From Puniceicoccaceae bacterium (lineage in GTDB: Bacteria > Verrucomicrobiota > Verrucomicrobiia > Opitutales > JAFGAQ01): a stretch of DNA of 64,000 bases. The stretch covers positions 414-64,413 of the forward strand of contig JBEGIR010000026.1 in NCBI GenBank assembly GCA_040224245.1, in the 5' to 3' direction. How positions within the stretch are numbered: the stretch's first letter is position 1; the number at the start of each line of letters is the position of its first letter. The position numbers and the translations under genes are program-made. The notes beneath the pieces are model-generated. The model searched no databases and was not told the origin of the DNA. It was given only the letters and a program-made list of their open reading frames with translations. Positions 1-11,059 of the stretch are shown one piece after another.

Positions 1-2798
1 CGTTTTTCCTGCTGCATCAGCTGTACCTTTTCTTCGACCGTGCCACTGACAATGAGGCGGATTGCGGTAACGGTGCGCGTCTGCCCGATACGGTGAGCGC
101 GGTCCGTCGCCTGCGCCTCGACGGCAGGGTTCCACCAGGGGTCAAAATGCACAACAACATCCGCACCCGTGAGATTGAGTCCTGTGCCCCCTGCCTTGAG
201 CGAAATCAGGAACACAGGGATCCGAGAATCCGCATTGAAGCGGTCGGCCTCTGCGAGGCGATCCCTCGTACTGCCGTCGATGTAGGCGTAGGGCAGATCC
301 AGCTGCTCCAGTTCCTGCTTGAGCAGTTGCAGTGCACTAACGAACTGGGAAAACACGAGCATGCGGTGTCCACCATCAATGGACTCCTGCAGCAGCTCCC
401 GAAACGCAGCTAGCTTGCACGACATCGATGCATCCAGCGATGCGTCAACCAGGCGTGGGTCGGCGCAGACCTGACGCAGTCGCAGCAGCTCCGTGAATGC
501 CGCCATCTTGAGTTGCCCCTGCGACACTCCGCCCATTTGCAGACGGTCAAGCGTCTGCGAGGACGATTTGCGGATGCGATCATAGAGTGAGCGCTGTTCC
601 GGCTCCATGTCACAATAGAGCACCTGCTCCAGTTTCTCGGGCAGTTCGGGTGCCACCTGTGTTTTGGTGCGCCGCAGGATGTAGTGGGCGCAACGCTCAC
701 GCATGCGTTCCATGTGCCACTGTCGATCTGCGGACTTCCCGCGTGGGTTTGCAGTGGAGTTCAAATAGCCGGGCATGAGGAACTCAAAGAGCGAAAAGAG
801 GTCGTCAACACTGTTTTCAATCGGTGTTCCGGTCAGCAGAAAACGCCCGTCACACCGAAGTTGCTTGAGCGAACGGGCATGCTGGGTGCGACGGTTTTTG
901 ATGTGCTGTGCCTCATCTCCGATCACAATGGACCAGTTCACTCCAGCAAATCCAGCCCTATCGATGGCGAGGGTGGAATAGGAGGTCACGACAACATCAT
1001 AGGGAGCCGTCCACCCGTCAGTGGTTGCACTACGGGCCGCGCCATGGTGGCACGCTGTGCGCAGCCAGGGCGCAAACTGGCGAAGCTCGCGCATCCAGTT
1101 GCCCACGAGTCCGGCCGGACAAACCACCAGCGCAGGTGCTGCAGACTCCTGCGAAGCGATCACCGACAACAGCGCGATGGCCTGGATGGTTTTCCCCAGG
1201 CCCATTTCATCGGCGAGGATGCCACCCAACTGGTGACGGTAGAGGTGGTGCATCCAGGCCACACCGATTTTCTGGTAGAGTCGCAAGCGATCATAGAGCT
1301 GCCCAGGAACCGGAGCCTCTTCAAGTTTCGACAGGTTGCGGATCGCCGCGCTGCGGGAAGTCCACTGCTCCGGTGCCGCGTAGTTGAGGCCGGAGTCCTC
1401 AAGCAGCGCCTGCCAGTCACAGGCGTCGGAATTTCCACCGCGAACTGCAAATCCGATGATAGACTCCGCTGCAGGGTCACCAGTCAAGCGCTTGACGAGC
1501 AACTCCAGCTGCTTCAGTCGCTCCGGCTGGAGCAGCCACACGTTGGCATCGGACTCGAGATAGCAGCGCCCACGCGCGAGCTGTTGCCGCAAGGATGCCT
1601 CGGATATCCCTTCACTAGCGGTGATGCGAAGTTCCACCCCGTTGCCCAGCTCGATCACCTCCGCAGTCATTTCCAAAAACCGCACGTTCCGCAGACGCTC
1701 CGAAAAATTGCTGCTGAACTGCGCCTGAAACGCAGTGCGAAAACGTTCCCAGTGCTCAGCGAGAAAGTTCAACACGTGGTGTCGGTCGCGCAACCACCAC
1801 TTCCCATTGCTCGGCTCAAGCCGAAAACGCCAGGCCTGCAGCAGGGCATGAATTTCAGAATAGGAAGGATCTTCACGCGAGGGAAGTGTCACTGCCAAAA
1901 AATGAGGAGAACCATCAACCTGGACGCGTTGCAGTCCGGCAGTGGATCGGTTTAGACGATCCGTGCGACGCGCATTCCCAGAGGCGGTGGAAGGTGCAAC
2001 GGCACTTTGCATGCCTGGACCGTGCTGCACCCTGCTCTCAGACCCTGCTTCCCTGGGTTCCCGCAGGTGCAGGTGCACCCCATCAAGTTCGTCGCCCTTC
2101 CACGGGATCGCCTGCTCGCGCTCTTTCAGCCAGGCGACAACGGGTTGGCCAGCAACACAGCTGAGCAGATCCCGCAGCTGCGCACGCGTCAGCTGCAGCA
2201 TGGAGTGTAGCTTGCCACCACAAAGCGATTCCACCATGCCCGCAAGGGCCTGATCCCATACAGCAAGCTGATACGCCTTGCCACGGTCGATCTGCTGCAG
2301 CAGGCAAGTCACGCCGGAAGCCAGCTCAAACTCGATGCGAACGGCGATTCGATCCTGCGGGGCGGCCCTCGCAAGGTTGGGAGGCAGCAAGATTCGGAAT
2401 CGTGCGGAAATGCCCTTGCTTTCGGAGAGCACCAGGGATTGCACGGAGTGGGGTTTTGGGGTCGAGCCCTCCCCACCCTCACTGGCCTGGGCAGTCATTT
2501 CGGTGGGTTCTGCCTGCGTCGGTGTTTCCATGCTCGCCAGGCAGAGTGCAATGGCATGAGCGCAAACACTGCCCCGTCGACCTGTAGCACAGTTGCAGCG
2601 GTTCTCTGCAAAGGTGAGGGAGCGCAGATTCAGTCGAGGAAAAAACGATGTTCCGGCTCCGGCAACCTCACCTTTCAAGAGCTTATCCTGCCATTCAAAG
2701 TGTTTCACCCGACCCGCTTCATGCAGGACCCTTGCCTCCTTGAGCACGGACCAGCCCGCCAAATCCACCAACACATCCCTGTTCAGCTCCACCTTCAC
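1..2798 (-). CDS. SNF2/SWI2-family helicase with N-terminal SWIM zinc finger (C-terminus runs off the window)
   Basis: Hand translation of the minus strand; absent from the ORF track because it has no in-window stop. GTG start at 2798 follows an in-frame TGA. SWIM-like CNCATGRRGSVCAH lies near 2540-2600. SNF2 motifs are ILADEMGLGKT, VIGDEAQHIKN and LLTGTPIENS (811-839); helicase-C QATDRAHRIGQ lies near 60-110. Confidence 0.85.
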   Translation of the reverse strand, partial: MKVELNRDVLVDLAGWSVLKEARVLHEAGRVKHFEWQDKLLKGEVAGAGTSFFPRLNLRSLTFAENRCNCATGRRGSVCAHAIALCLASMETPTQAEPTEMTAQASEGGEGSTPKPHSVQSLVLSESKGISARFRILLPPNLARAAPQDRIAVRIEFELASGVTCLLQQIDRGKAYQLAVWDQALAGMVESLCGGKLHSMLQLTRAQLRDLLSCVAGQPVVAWLKEREQAIPWKGDELDGVHLHLREPREAGSESRVQHGPGMQSAVAPSTASGNARRTDRLNRSTAGLQRVQVDGSPHFLAVTLPSREDPSYSEIHALLQAWRFRLEPSNGKWWLRDRHHVLNFLAEHWERFRTAFQAQFSSNFSERLRNVRFLEMTAEVIELGNGVELRITASEGISEASLRQQLARGRCYLESDANVWLLQPERLKQLELLVKRLTGDPAAESIIGFAVRGGNSDACDWQALLEDSGLNYAAPEQWTSRSAAIRNLSKLEEAPVPGQLYDRLRLYQKIGVAWMHHLYRHQLGGILADEMGLGKTIQAIALLSVIASQESAAPALVVCPAGLVGNWMRELRQFAPWLRTACHHGAARSATTDGWTAPYDVVVTSYSTLAIDRAGFAGVNWSIVIGDEAQHIKNRRTQHARSLKQLRCDGRFLLTGTPIENSVDDLFSLFEFLMPGYLNSTANPRGKSADRQWHMERMRERCAHYILRRTKTQVAPELPEKLEQVLYCDMEPEQRSLYDRIRKSSSQTLDRLQMGGVSQGQLKMAAFTELLRLRQVCADPRLVDASLDASMSCKLAAFRELLQESIDGGHRMLVFSQFVSALQLLKQELEQLDLPYAYIDGSTRDRLAEADRFNADSRIPVFLISLKAGGTGLNLTGADVVVHFDPWWNPAVEAQATDRAHRIGQTRTVTAIRLIVSGTVEEKVQLMQQEK

Positions 2799-2963
2799 GC
2801 CTCATGCAGCAATATCCACCCAGTCGGTTCAACGTTTTTTTACCTGCACTACGACCATTCAGCCGAAATCTGTAAAAGTTCAGTTAATGAAAACACAACG
2901 GGAAAACCACCTAAAGCCCTCCCATCGACTACCGATATTCAGGTAAATTAACACCCACTCAAG

Positions 2964-3001
2964 AGTCAGAGTTACCGCTCCGGTGCTCTGACTGCTTTTT
3001 G
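2964..3001 (+). promoter_or_regulatory. Terminator-like hairpin in the 5' leader of the porin operon
   Basis: AGTCAGAG (2964-2971) pairs with CTCTGACT (2986-2993) and is followed by GCTTTTTGGG. There is no upstream plus-strand gene to terminate, so it may be an attenuator or leader structure. Confidence 0.3.
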
Positions 3002-3024
3002 GGAGAACTCACTACAAGGGGAAC

Positions 3025-4239
3025 ATGAAACAACGCTTCATTCAACGCCTGAGCCTGCTCAGCGCAACCGCAGCCATCTGCTTGACCACTCACGCGGTCG
3101 ACATGGAAAATGTCTACATCAACGGATTCATCAGTCAGGGTTATCTGAAATCTTCGGATAATCGCCTGATGGGAGATACGGACGATGGTACCTGGGAATT
3201 CAACGAAGCCGCCATCAGCGTGAAGGCACTGCTCGCCGACAACCTGTCCGCAGGCATCCAGCTGATGAGTCGCGACTTCGGCAATTCCGGAAACAATGAA
3301 CTCAAAGTGGACTGGGCTTTCCTGGACTATCGCCTCAACGACAGCGTCGGTGTGCGCGTTGGTAAGTTCAAGAAGCCGGAAGGCATCTACAATTCGATTC
3401 GCGATGCAGATGCGGTTCGCACGTCCATCCTGCTTCCACAGGGCATTTACAACGAACGGGTGCGCGACATCAACATCGCCATTCAGGGCGTCGGTCTGTA
3501 TGGATTTGCGGATCTGGCAGGTGCAGGGTCACTGGACTATGTCATCTATCTCGGCAACCAACCGGTGGATAAAAACGAACCCATCATCAAGGATGCTCTG
3601 CTAGCAGGATTCTACGGTATCACCAATGGTGGCAGCATTGAGTTCAAATACTCAGCGGGAACCCAATTGTTCTGGAACACTCCGATTACCGGTTTCCGTC
3701 TGGGAGCGTCTATGAACACCGCCCTCATCGAAATCAACGGAACCAATCAGGCCTATCCCTGGTTCCAATCCAGCATTACCGAGGAAGAACTCAAGGTACC
3801 CCTCAAGTACATCCTTTCTGCGGAATACCAGCGCGAGAACTGGACCTTCACTGCCGAGTACATGATTGAACCCATCGAAGCGAAAAACTCTCCCATCGGA
3901 GGCACCCCCACACCCATGGGTTTCCCCTCAGGCGGTGAGTATGACATCGAGACCGAAAGTTACTACGTGCAACTCACCTACCAACTTTCAGAAAAATGGC
4001 AGATCGGCAGCTACTACTCCTGGTCCTACGGTAGCGCAAATGGGATTCTGGATCGCAACAATCCGGCCCAACACCTCAAGGACTGGGCCTTGAGCGCGAA
4101 GCACGCCATCAATGAATGGTGGGTCGTCAAGGCAGAGTTCCATCTCTTTCAGGGATATCAAGGTGTCGAGGCCGATGAATCCGGTGTCTTTGAAAAGGAC
4201 TGGAACCTGATCGCCCTCAAATCCACCATCAGCTTCTAA
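3025..4239 (+). CDS. Outer-membrane porin-like beta-barrel protein
   Basis: N-terminal signal peptide (LSLLSATAAICLTTHA), alternating amphipathic strands, and a C-terminal aromatic residue (KSTISF). Confidence 0.6.
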   Translation: MKQRFIQRLSLLSATAAICLTTHAVDMENVYINGFISQGYLKSSDNRLMGDTDDGTWEFNEAAISVKALLADNLSAGIQLMSRDFGNSGNNELKVDWAFLDYRLNDSVGVRVGKFKKPEGIYNSIRDADAVRTSILLPQGIYNERVRDINIAIQGVGLYGFADLAGAGSLDYVIYLGNQPVDKNEPIIKDALLAGFYGITNGGSIEFKYSAGTQLFWNTPITGFRLGASMNTALIEINGTNQAYPWFQSSITEEELKVPLKYILSAEYQRENWTFTAEYMIEPIEAKNSPIGGTPTPMGFPSGGEYDIETESYYVQLTYQLSEKWQIGSYYSWSYGSANGILDRNNPAQHLKDWALSAKHAINEWWVVKAEFHLFQGYQGVEADESGVFEKDWNLIALKSTISF

Positions 4240-4265
4240 TTCAGCCAGCAGAAAGACTTCCAACC

Positions 4266-4709
4266 ATGAAAACCATGCAAGATTTTCAACGACTCGTACT
4301 CGTGCTGGCACTGGCATTGTTCGGGTGTTCGATCCTGATGCAACAAGCCAACGCCGATGTGGTGCTGGTGGCACATCCGGATATTCCCGATGCATCACTC
4401 AGTGCAGCAGACATCGAGAACCTGTTTCTCGGTAAACGCAAAACTCTGCCCAGCGGAGAGAGCGTCAAAGTTGTTACCCTCAAGAGCGGTGATGCGCACG
4501 ATGCTTTTCTCAGTGCCTATGTCAACCGCTCGGCCAGCCAATTCTCAGCCTTTTGGAAACGGAAGATTGTCGATGGCACTGGCATTCCACCCAAGTCCTT
4601 CGATTCGGAGGCAGAGCTGATCGCCCACGTGAAAGCCAATAGCGGTACGCTTGGCTACGTGTCCAACAGCACTCCCGCCGATGGAGTGAAGGTGATTCCT
4701 GTAGAATAG
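4266..4709 (+). CDS. Small periplasmic PstS/PBP-like substrate-binding domain protein
   Basis: Signal peptide LVLALALFGCSILMQQANA. VLVAHPDIP...LSAADIENLFLGKRKTLPSGESVKVVTL resembles phosphate/anion-binding PBP_like domains, but at 147 aa it is only about half a PBP. Confidence 0.5.
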   Translation: MKTMQDFQRLVLVLALALFGCSILMQQANADVVLVAHPDIPDASLSAADIENLFLGKRKTLPSGESVKVVTLKSGDAHDAFLSAYVNRSASQFSAFWKRKIVDGTGIPPKSFDSEAELIAHVKANSGTLGYVSNSTPADGVKVIPVE

Positions 4710-4736
4710 GTGTTTTCACCACAACCCGCTTGAACC

Positions 4737-6398
4737 ATGAAAATTCTTCCTCAGCGCATCTCCACCAAGATTTGGAGCATCGTCGCCGTCTTTGTAGTGT
4801 CCCTGATGGGCATCATGGCGCAGTCCTTCCTGGTGAAGGGTGACCTGCAGCAACAATTGCAGCGTTTCTCCCACAACAGCAATATCGCCAATGTAGAGGG
4901 TCGCACACTTGTGGCGCAAATCGATGCGCAACTCAAGGCCTATGAAGATGCCGTGGTCAGCGGGGAAAGTGATCTCATTGTGGGCGCAAGTCGCTCCGCA
5001 GGTGAATCGCAGGATTCCCTGAACGGACTTGCGGCCATCACTTCCGCCAGCCTGAAGACCCGCATCCAGCGCTTTTCGAATCAGCTGGAGCGGTTCACTC
5101 GTCAGGCGAGTGAAGTGTATCCCAAATTCATGAGCGAAGACGAGATGGACGATTCTGTCTTTGAGCAGGCAGGTGAACTGGCTCGCGAAAAGACAGAGAT
5201 CCGTGAAGAAGCAGTTGCGATCACGGTGGCCGTATCGGATGAACTGTCATCGCAAATGGCAACACTGGTGAAGGAACTGGGTTCCACCAAGACCTTCGAC
5301 CTCGTGCTCGGATTTGCGGTCACCGTCGTGGTCATTCTCATGGTGTCGTTTGTGATCCGTATCGCCATCAATCGCCCCTTTGCAGATTTCATCCAAAAGG
5401 TCAAAATTCTGTCGGAAGGAGACCTGACGGTACGGTTTTCCGATCAGCGAAAGGACGAATTGAGCCAACTGGGAAACTATCTAAACCACTATGTGGATGG
5501 ATTGCTCCAGTCGATCCGACAGATTTCGGATCACTCCGCTCTGCTCAAATCGCTAGCGGATGAAACCCACCAGTCTGCCGAGGAGATCCAGCTCAATACC
5601 AACAGCATGTCGACCCAGGCGGATTCGGTGAGCAATGCGGGCAATGAACTCTCGAGCGAGATGTCAACCATCGCAGGCAATGCGAAGGAGATGACAAGTT
5701 CAACGTCCTCCGTAGCGGCGGCCATTGAAGAGATGAGCGCAGCGATCAGTGAAGTTGCCATGCAGTGCAACCAACAGTCTCAGATTGTACTTGAAGCCAA
5801 TCAAAAGGCCGATGGAGCAAGCAAACTGATGCACGAGCTGGGCGAAGCTGCAAAAGAAATCCAGAAGATCGTGGAGATCATCAACGCCATCGCAGCCCAA
5901 ACCAATCTCCTCGCGCTTAACGCCACCATCGAAGCCGCCAGTGCGGGTGATGCAGGCAAGGGGTTTGCCGTAGTCGCCAATGAGGTCAAGGAACTCGCAC
6001 GCCAGAGCAGTGATTCATCTGGACGGATTCGTTCGCAAATTCAGAACATCACTCAAAAGACCGAGGCTTCGCTCAAGGCGGTCGATGAGATTTCAGAGAT
6101 CATGTCGCGAGTCAGCGAATATTCGGGAACCATTGCAACCTCAGTGGAGCAGCAGTCGTCAACCAATCGGGAAATTTCAAGCACTATGCAGACTGTCACC
6201 GGATTTACCGAAGAGGTCTCCTCGACGGTGACGGTTTCGTCCGAAAGTGCCAACGTCGTTGCCGAGAGCATCCGGGGAGTCAACGCCTCCATCGACCGGT
6301 TCAAGAGCGTGGCCGATACGACTCTGGATCGCTCAGGTCGTCTGACGAAGCTGTCCGAGCACCTGCTGCAATCAATTGCGGCATTCAAAACGCAATAA
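4737..6398 (+). CDS. Methyl-accepting chemotaxis protein
   Basis: Two TM segments flank a helical periplasmic region, followed by a HAMP-like segment. Carries the highly conserved MCP signalling hairpin [39 protein letters not shown]. Confidence 0.9.
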   Translation: MKILPQRISTKIWSIVAVFVVSLMGIMAQSFLVKGDLQQQLQRFSHNSNIANVEGRTLVAQIDAQLKAYEDAVVSGESDLIVGASRSAGESQDSLNGLAAITSASLKTRIQRFSNQLERFTRQASEVYPKFMSEDEMDDSVFEQAGELAREKTEIREEAVAITVAVSDELSSQMATLVKELGSTKTFDLVLGFAVTVVVILMVSFVIRIAINRPFADFIQKVKILSEGDLTVRFSDQRKDELSQLGNYLNHYVDGLLQSIRQISDHSALLKSLADETHQSAEEIQLNTNSMSTQADSVSNAGNELSSEMSTIAGNAKEMTSSTSSVAAAIEEMSAAISEVAMQCNQQSQIVLEANQKADGASKLMHELGEAAKEIQKIVEIINAIAAQTNLLALNATIEAASAGDAGKGFAVVANEVKELARQSSDSSGRIRSQIQNITQKTEASLKAVDEISEIMSRVSEYSGTIATSVEQQSSTNREISSTMQTVTGFTEEVSSTVTVSSESANVVAESIRGVNASIDRFKSVADTTLDRSGRLTKLSEHLLQSIAAFKTQ

Positions 6399-6505
6399 CG
6401 CTGCGACGTGGAGTCCGGTATCGCATGACGGCAATTTTCGCATTCACGGTTGCGGGGTCATTCCCGATCCCGCAATCGTGAAAACCATCTGAGGCTGTTT
6501 CGCCA

Positions 6506-6883
6506 TCAGGGTAACAGCTTCGCCAGCAGCAGCTCAACTCGCTTGACTTCACGCATCACGCGATTGCTGTGCATGATCATCCAGAACCAGACTTTCATAA
6601 ACGAAATAAAGAGCAGGCAAAACAGGGAGGCCATGCCCCACTCCAGTTTCAATCCCAGATCCTCTGTCTGAATAAAACAAAGGCTGGTCCAGATCCAGAG
6701 TCCGAAAACCAACAGACTCATTACAGCCGCGACACTGTTCATCCAGCGGGATTGGCCGCGAAAGGTCTGCAGCAGCTCCTCAGCGATAGACAGATTCACA
6801 TTACCCGAAGTGCCGTTTGATTCGAGTGCGGCACGAATGCGTTCATCCAGATTATTCATGATCGTGTTCATTTGGTGGTTCAT
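6506..6883 (-). CDS. Two-TM membrane protein co-transcribed with the ECF sigma factor (putative anti-sigma factor)
   Basis: 4-bp overlap with the upstream sigma gene. Cytoplasmic N-terminus followed by hydrophobic segments (VAAVMSLLVFGLWIW, LFCLLFISFMKVWFWMI). Confidence 0.45.
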   Translation of the reverse strand: MNHQMNTIMNNLDERIRAALESNGTSGNVNLSIAEELLQTFRGQSRWMNSVAAVMSLLVFGLWIWTSLCFIQTEDLGLKLEWGMASLFCLLFISFMKVWFWMIMHSNRVMREVKRVELLLAKLLP

Positions 6884-7473
6884 TCCAGGTCACCCGATAG
6901 CATCGCATCGCGCAGGTGCTCCCGGGCATAAAAAAGTCGTGATTTGACGGTGCCGCAGGGAATTCCGAGCACGTCAGCGATAGCAGCAATGTCCAATCCG
7001 CTCAGGTAGAACAACTCCAGCACATCACGTTCAGACTGCTGCATCCGGGACAGTGCGATCTGCACCTGATCCCATTGCTCCGTCACCGGCGAGAACGCCG
7101 ATGCATCCTGCTGTGGCAACACCTGCTCCGCCTCGCGTTCCAGCACATTCTGCCGATGACGTCGGCGCGACTCCCTTCGCACCCAATCGGCAGATCGACG
7201 AAACACGATCTGGTAGGCCCATCGCGGGAAACAGGCGGGGTCGTTCAATCTGGAAAGTCCCTTTGCGATGTGCAACCAGGCCTCTTGGGCAACCTCCTCC
7301 GCGGCGGTCTCACCCTGCACTCGTGAGCGGGCGTAGCGTAGCAGGTCGTGATGCCACAGGGAGTAGAGTTCACAAATCCCGCGTTCGTTTCCATCCTGTG
7401 CCTGCAGCACAAGATATTCGGTCAAAATCTGTTTGCGGTCGCGGTCCATTGCCTTTGCAAGAAAGGTCGCCAC
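6880..7473 (-). CDS. ECF-type RNA polymerase sigma-70 family factor
   Basis: Region 2 (EVAQEAWLHIAKGL..FPRWAYQIVFRR) and region 4 HTH (VLELFYLSGLDIAAIADVLGIPCGTVKSRLFYAR). The true start may be the ATG at 7449. Confidence 0.85.
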   Translation of the reverse strand: MATFLAKAMDRDRKQILTEYLVLQAQDGNERGICELYSLWHHDLLRYARSRVQGETAAEEVAQEAWLHIAKGLSRLNDPACFPRWAYQIVFRRSADWVRRESRRRHRQNVLEREAEQVLPQQDASAFSPVTEQWDQVQIALSRMQQSERDVLELFYLSGLDIAAIADVLGIPCGTVKSRLFYAREHLRDAMLSGDLE

Positions 7474-7572
7474 CAGCGCGGGTTTGGTTCAGAGTATCGA
7501 TCAAAATTCGATTTCCGGAGTCGCGTGGAACCTTGCCTGCGTAACCCGTGCACTTCGCCCACCCCACTGCGT

Positions 7573-8175
7573 TTACGTCGACTCTGCTGCGAGATAACCC
7601 AGTCGCACTGATTCCTCGATCACTTCCCTTGCGGCCTTCCAAAGTTCCGTCGAGCCCTCTTCAATAACCTGATTGATCGCAATCACTTCGTGTTTCTGAA
7701 TGCCATGCTCCTGCCAGCTGTGACCCTTGGCGTGGTAATTGTGCAGGAGTGGAGTGATGCGGTCACACGCACCGGCAAACTTCGCTTCCGGGGTCGCTTT
7801 GGCTTCAAATTCCTCCCAGAGTTCCAACAGTTCCTTCGCCTGCTCAGCAGGCAACAGACCAAAGATGCGACGGGCAGCGTCGCGCTCCCGCTCGACCTTG
7901 CCTTCATTGGCCTGCACATCGTAGATATACACATCACCCGCATCGATCTCCACAATGTCGTGAACCAGTAACATCTTGAGCACGCGCAGCAGGTCAATCG
8001 ATTCGTTGGCATACTCTGCAAAAATCAACGCAACCACACTCACATGCCAGCTGTGCTCACCGGAATTTTCGAGGCGTGGTTCGTGGGTGAGCAGTGTGCG
8101 TCGAAGTACCGATTTGAGTTTGTCCAGCTCCATCAGGAAGCGGATCTGTTGCTGTAGTTTTTCGCTCATGAGCAT
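7573..8175 (-). CDS. HD-domain phosphohydrolase (YfbR-like 5'-nucleotidase family)
   Basis: ENSGEHSWHV...LLVHDIVEIDAGD gives an H..HD..D metal-binding pattern typical of the HD_3 family. Confidence 0.8.
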   Translation of the reverse strand: MLMSEKLQQQIRFLMELDKLKSVLRRTLLTHEPRLENSGEHSWHVSVVALIFAEYANESIDLLRVLKMLLVHDIVEIDAGDVYIYDVQANEGKVERERDAARRIFGLLPAEQAKELLELWEEFEAKATPEAKFAGACDRITPLLHNYHAKGHSWQEHGIQKHEVIAINQVIEEGSTELWKAAREVIEESVRLGYLAAEST

Positions 8176-8200
8176 CGCAAGTCTGCCCGGGTGGGCAATT

Positions 8201-8260
8201 GTGTCACACTTCGTGCAAAGCGTGACACGGAAATTGTGTCAGGATGCTGAACCTGACACA
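8201..8260. promoter_or_regulatory. Two adjacent inverted repeats in the HD-gene/groES divergent promoter region
   Basis: IR1 is GTGTCAC (8201-8207)-N14-GTGACAC (8222-8228). IR2 is TGTGTCAGG (8235-8243)-N8-CCTGACACA (8252-8260). Both left arms are preceded by AATT. No CIRCE (TTAGCACTC-N9-GAGTGCTAA) was seen. Confidence 0.35.
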
Positions 8261-8418
8261 CCCAAAGCTCAACATCATTCCCCTAACATGCTAACAACCA
8301 AAGACTTCTGTATTTTAACTCAAATGGCACCCCGTTTGCTCTATTGCCATTCGACGCCACACCTTCTGGCATTCAGCGTCAACACAACGAATCTTTTTAA
8401 TCGAAAATCATAGATAAC

Positions 8419-8721
8419 ATGAGTCTATCACTACAATCCGCAAACCTCACTCCTATTGGAGATCGAGTTCTCGTTAAACTTGCCACCGTTGAAGAACAAC
8501 AGGTCGGAGGCATCTACATTCCTGATTCCGCAAAGGAGAAGCCGCAGACCGCTGAGGTAGTGGCTCTGGGAACCGGAAAGAAGGATGGCGAGACCATCGC
8601 GTTCCAGGTCAAGGTCGGTGACAAGGTGCTGATCAGCAAGTATGGCGGCACTGAAATCAAGATCGACGGTCAGCTGCACAACCTGCTGCGCGAAGACGAC
8701 ATTCTGGGTATCATCGGATAA
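8419..8721 (+). CDS. groES: Co-chaperonin GroES
   Basis: 100 aa; L.P.GDRVLVK...[20 protein letters not shown] is the classic Cpn10 pattern. Lies immediately upstream of groEL. Confidence 0.97.
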   Translation: MSLSLQSANLTPIGDRVLVKLATVEEQQVGGIYIPDSAKEKPQTAEVVALGTGKKDGETIAFQVKVGDKVLISKYGGTEIKIDGQLHNLLREDDILGIIG

Positions 8722-10410
<1,689 letters not shown>

Positions 10411-10457
10411 ACTGTTCGCAGTTTCCACAAATCCTGAAAATCAGGATTTCACCCTTT

Positions 10458-10492
10458 GAGACCGGTGTCCGTGGACACCGGTCTCTTTGTGT
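10458..10492 (+). terminator. Rho-independent terminator of groESL
   Basis: GAGACCGGTGTCC / GGACACCGGTCTC forms a 13-bp stem followed by TTTGTGTG. It is preceded by a second perfect hairpin, AAATCCTGA-aaa-TCAGGATTT, at 10429-10449. Confidence 0.75.
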
Positions 10493-10589
10493 GCGCATGT
10501 CGGAACTGTAACTTTTTGCACCACCTCAGCGTCTTGTCCTGTAGCCGGATCAAAACGACCGGCAAGTTTACATCCAACATCGACACATC

Positions 10590-10946
10590 ATGCACCTTCC
10601 ATCCTTTGTCCATATTCGGCAATCCGCCCTACTGCTCCTGCTGGCTCCGCTGGCAGCATTCGCTTCGAGTCCGAGCGAATCCCATCCCCCCGATCCCCCC
10701 GAACGCATTGAATCGAACGCAGCAAATCCCGCATGCCTCGCTATCGTGTGCGAACCCCATGATGCAGCGCTTGCGGAACTGAACTCCGACGTCGTATTGC
10801 AACAGCTTTCCAACGAGGTGGAACTGCATCTCGAAAAAGCCATTCGCAACTGCCTGGTGTTTTCGCCTGAACGATTCGAGCAACACATCCGCTCGCTCAC
10901 TGCAGATCAATATCGGGCCAAACCCACCTATGTCGCCATGCGGTGA
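10590..10946 (+). CDS. Hypothetical secreted protein
   Basis: Signal-peptide-like N-terminus (SALLLLLAPLAAFASS). It sits in the gap between convergent groEL and pilT, and competing antisense ORFs exist. Confidence 0.4.
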   Translation: MHLPSFVHIRQSALLLLLAPLAAFASSPSESHPPDPPERIESNAANPACLAIVCEPHDAALAELNSDVVLQQLSNEVELHLEKAIRNCLVFSPERFEQHIRSLTADQYRAKPTYVAMR

Positions 10947-11059
10947 ACCCATGGGTTCCGCCACACTTGCCTCCCGCAGTGAGTGACAAATGCACCCTTC
11001 AATGCCTTCGCTGGGTAGCCGACACCACACAAAAGCGAACTCGGCTACCTATTCGCTCC

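Noticed and set aside
684-1955. Long plus-strand ORF (423 aa), plus similar large ORFs at 13951-14721, 17182-19008, 33998-35569, 47461-48348 and 50575-51522.
   Set aside because: All lie antisense to genes with unambiguous conserved motifs (SNF2, rho, GH38-like, cysNC, mnmA, gspF). Their translations are Arg/Pro/His-rich low-information sequences typical of shadow ORFs in GC-rich DNA.
8244-8251. The octamer ATGCTGAA recurs as the groESL inverted-repeat spacer (8244-8251), as the duplicated unit at 38312-38319, and nearly (ATGCTGAT) in the glnII palindrome at 29364.
   Set aside because: These are three occurrences of an 8-mer in different roles within 64 kb of sequence rich in CTG/GAA codons. 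That is compatible with chance, and there is no shared flanking context.
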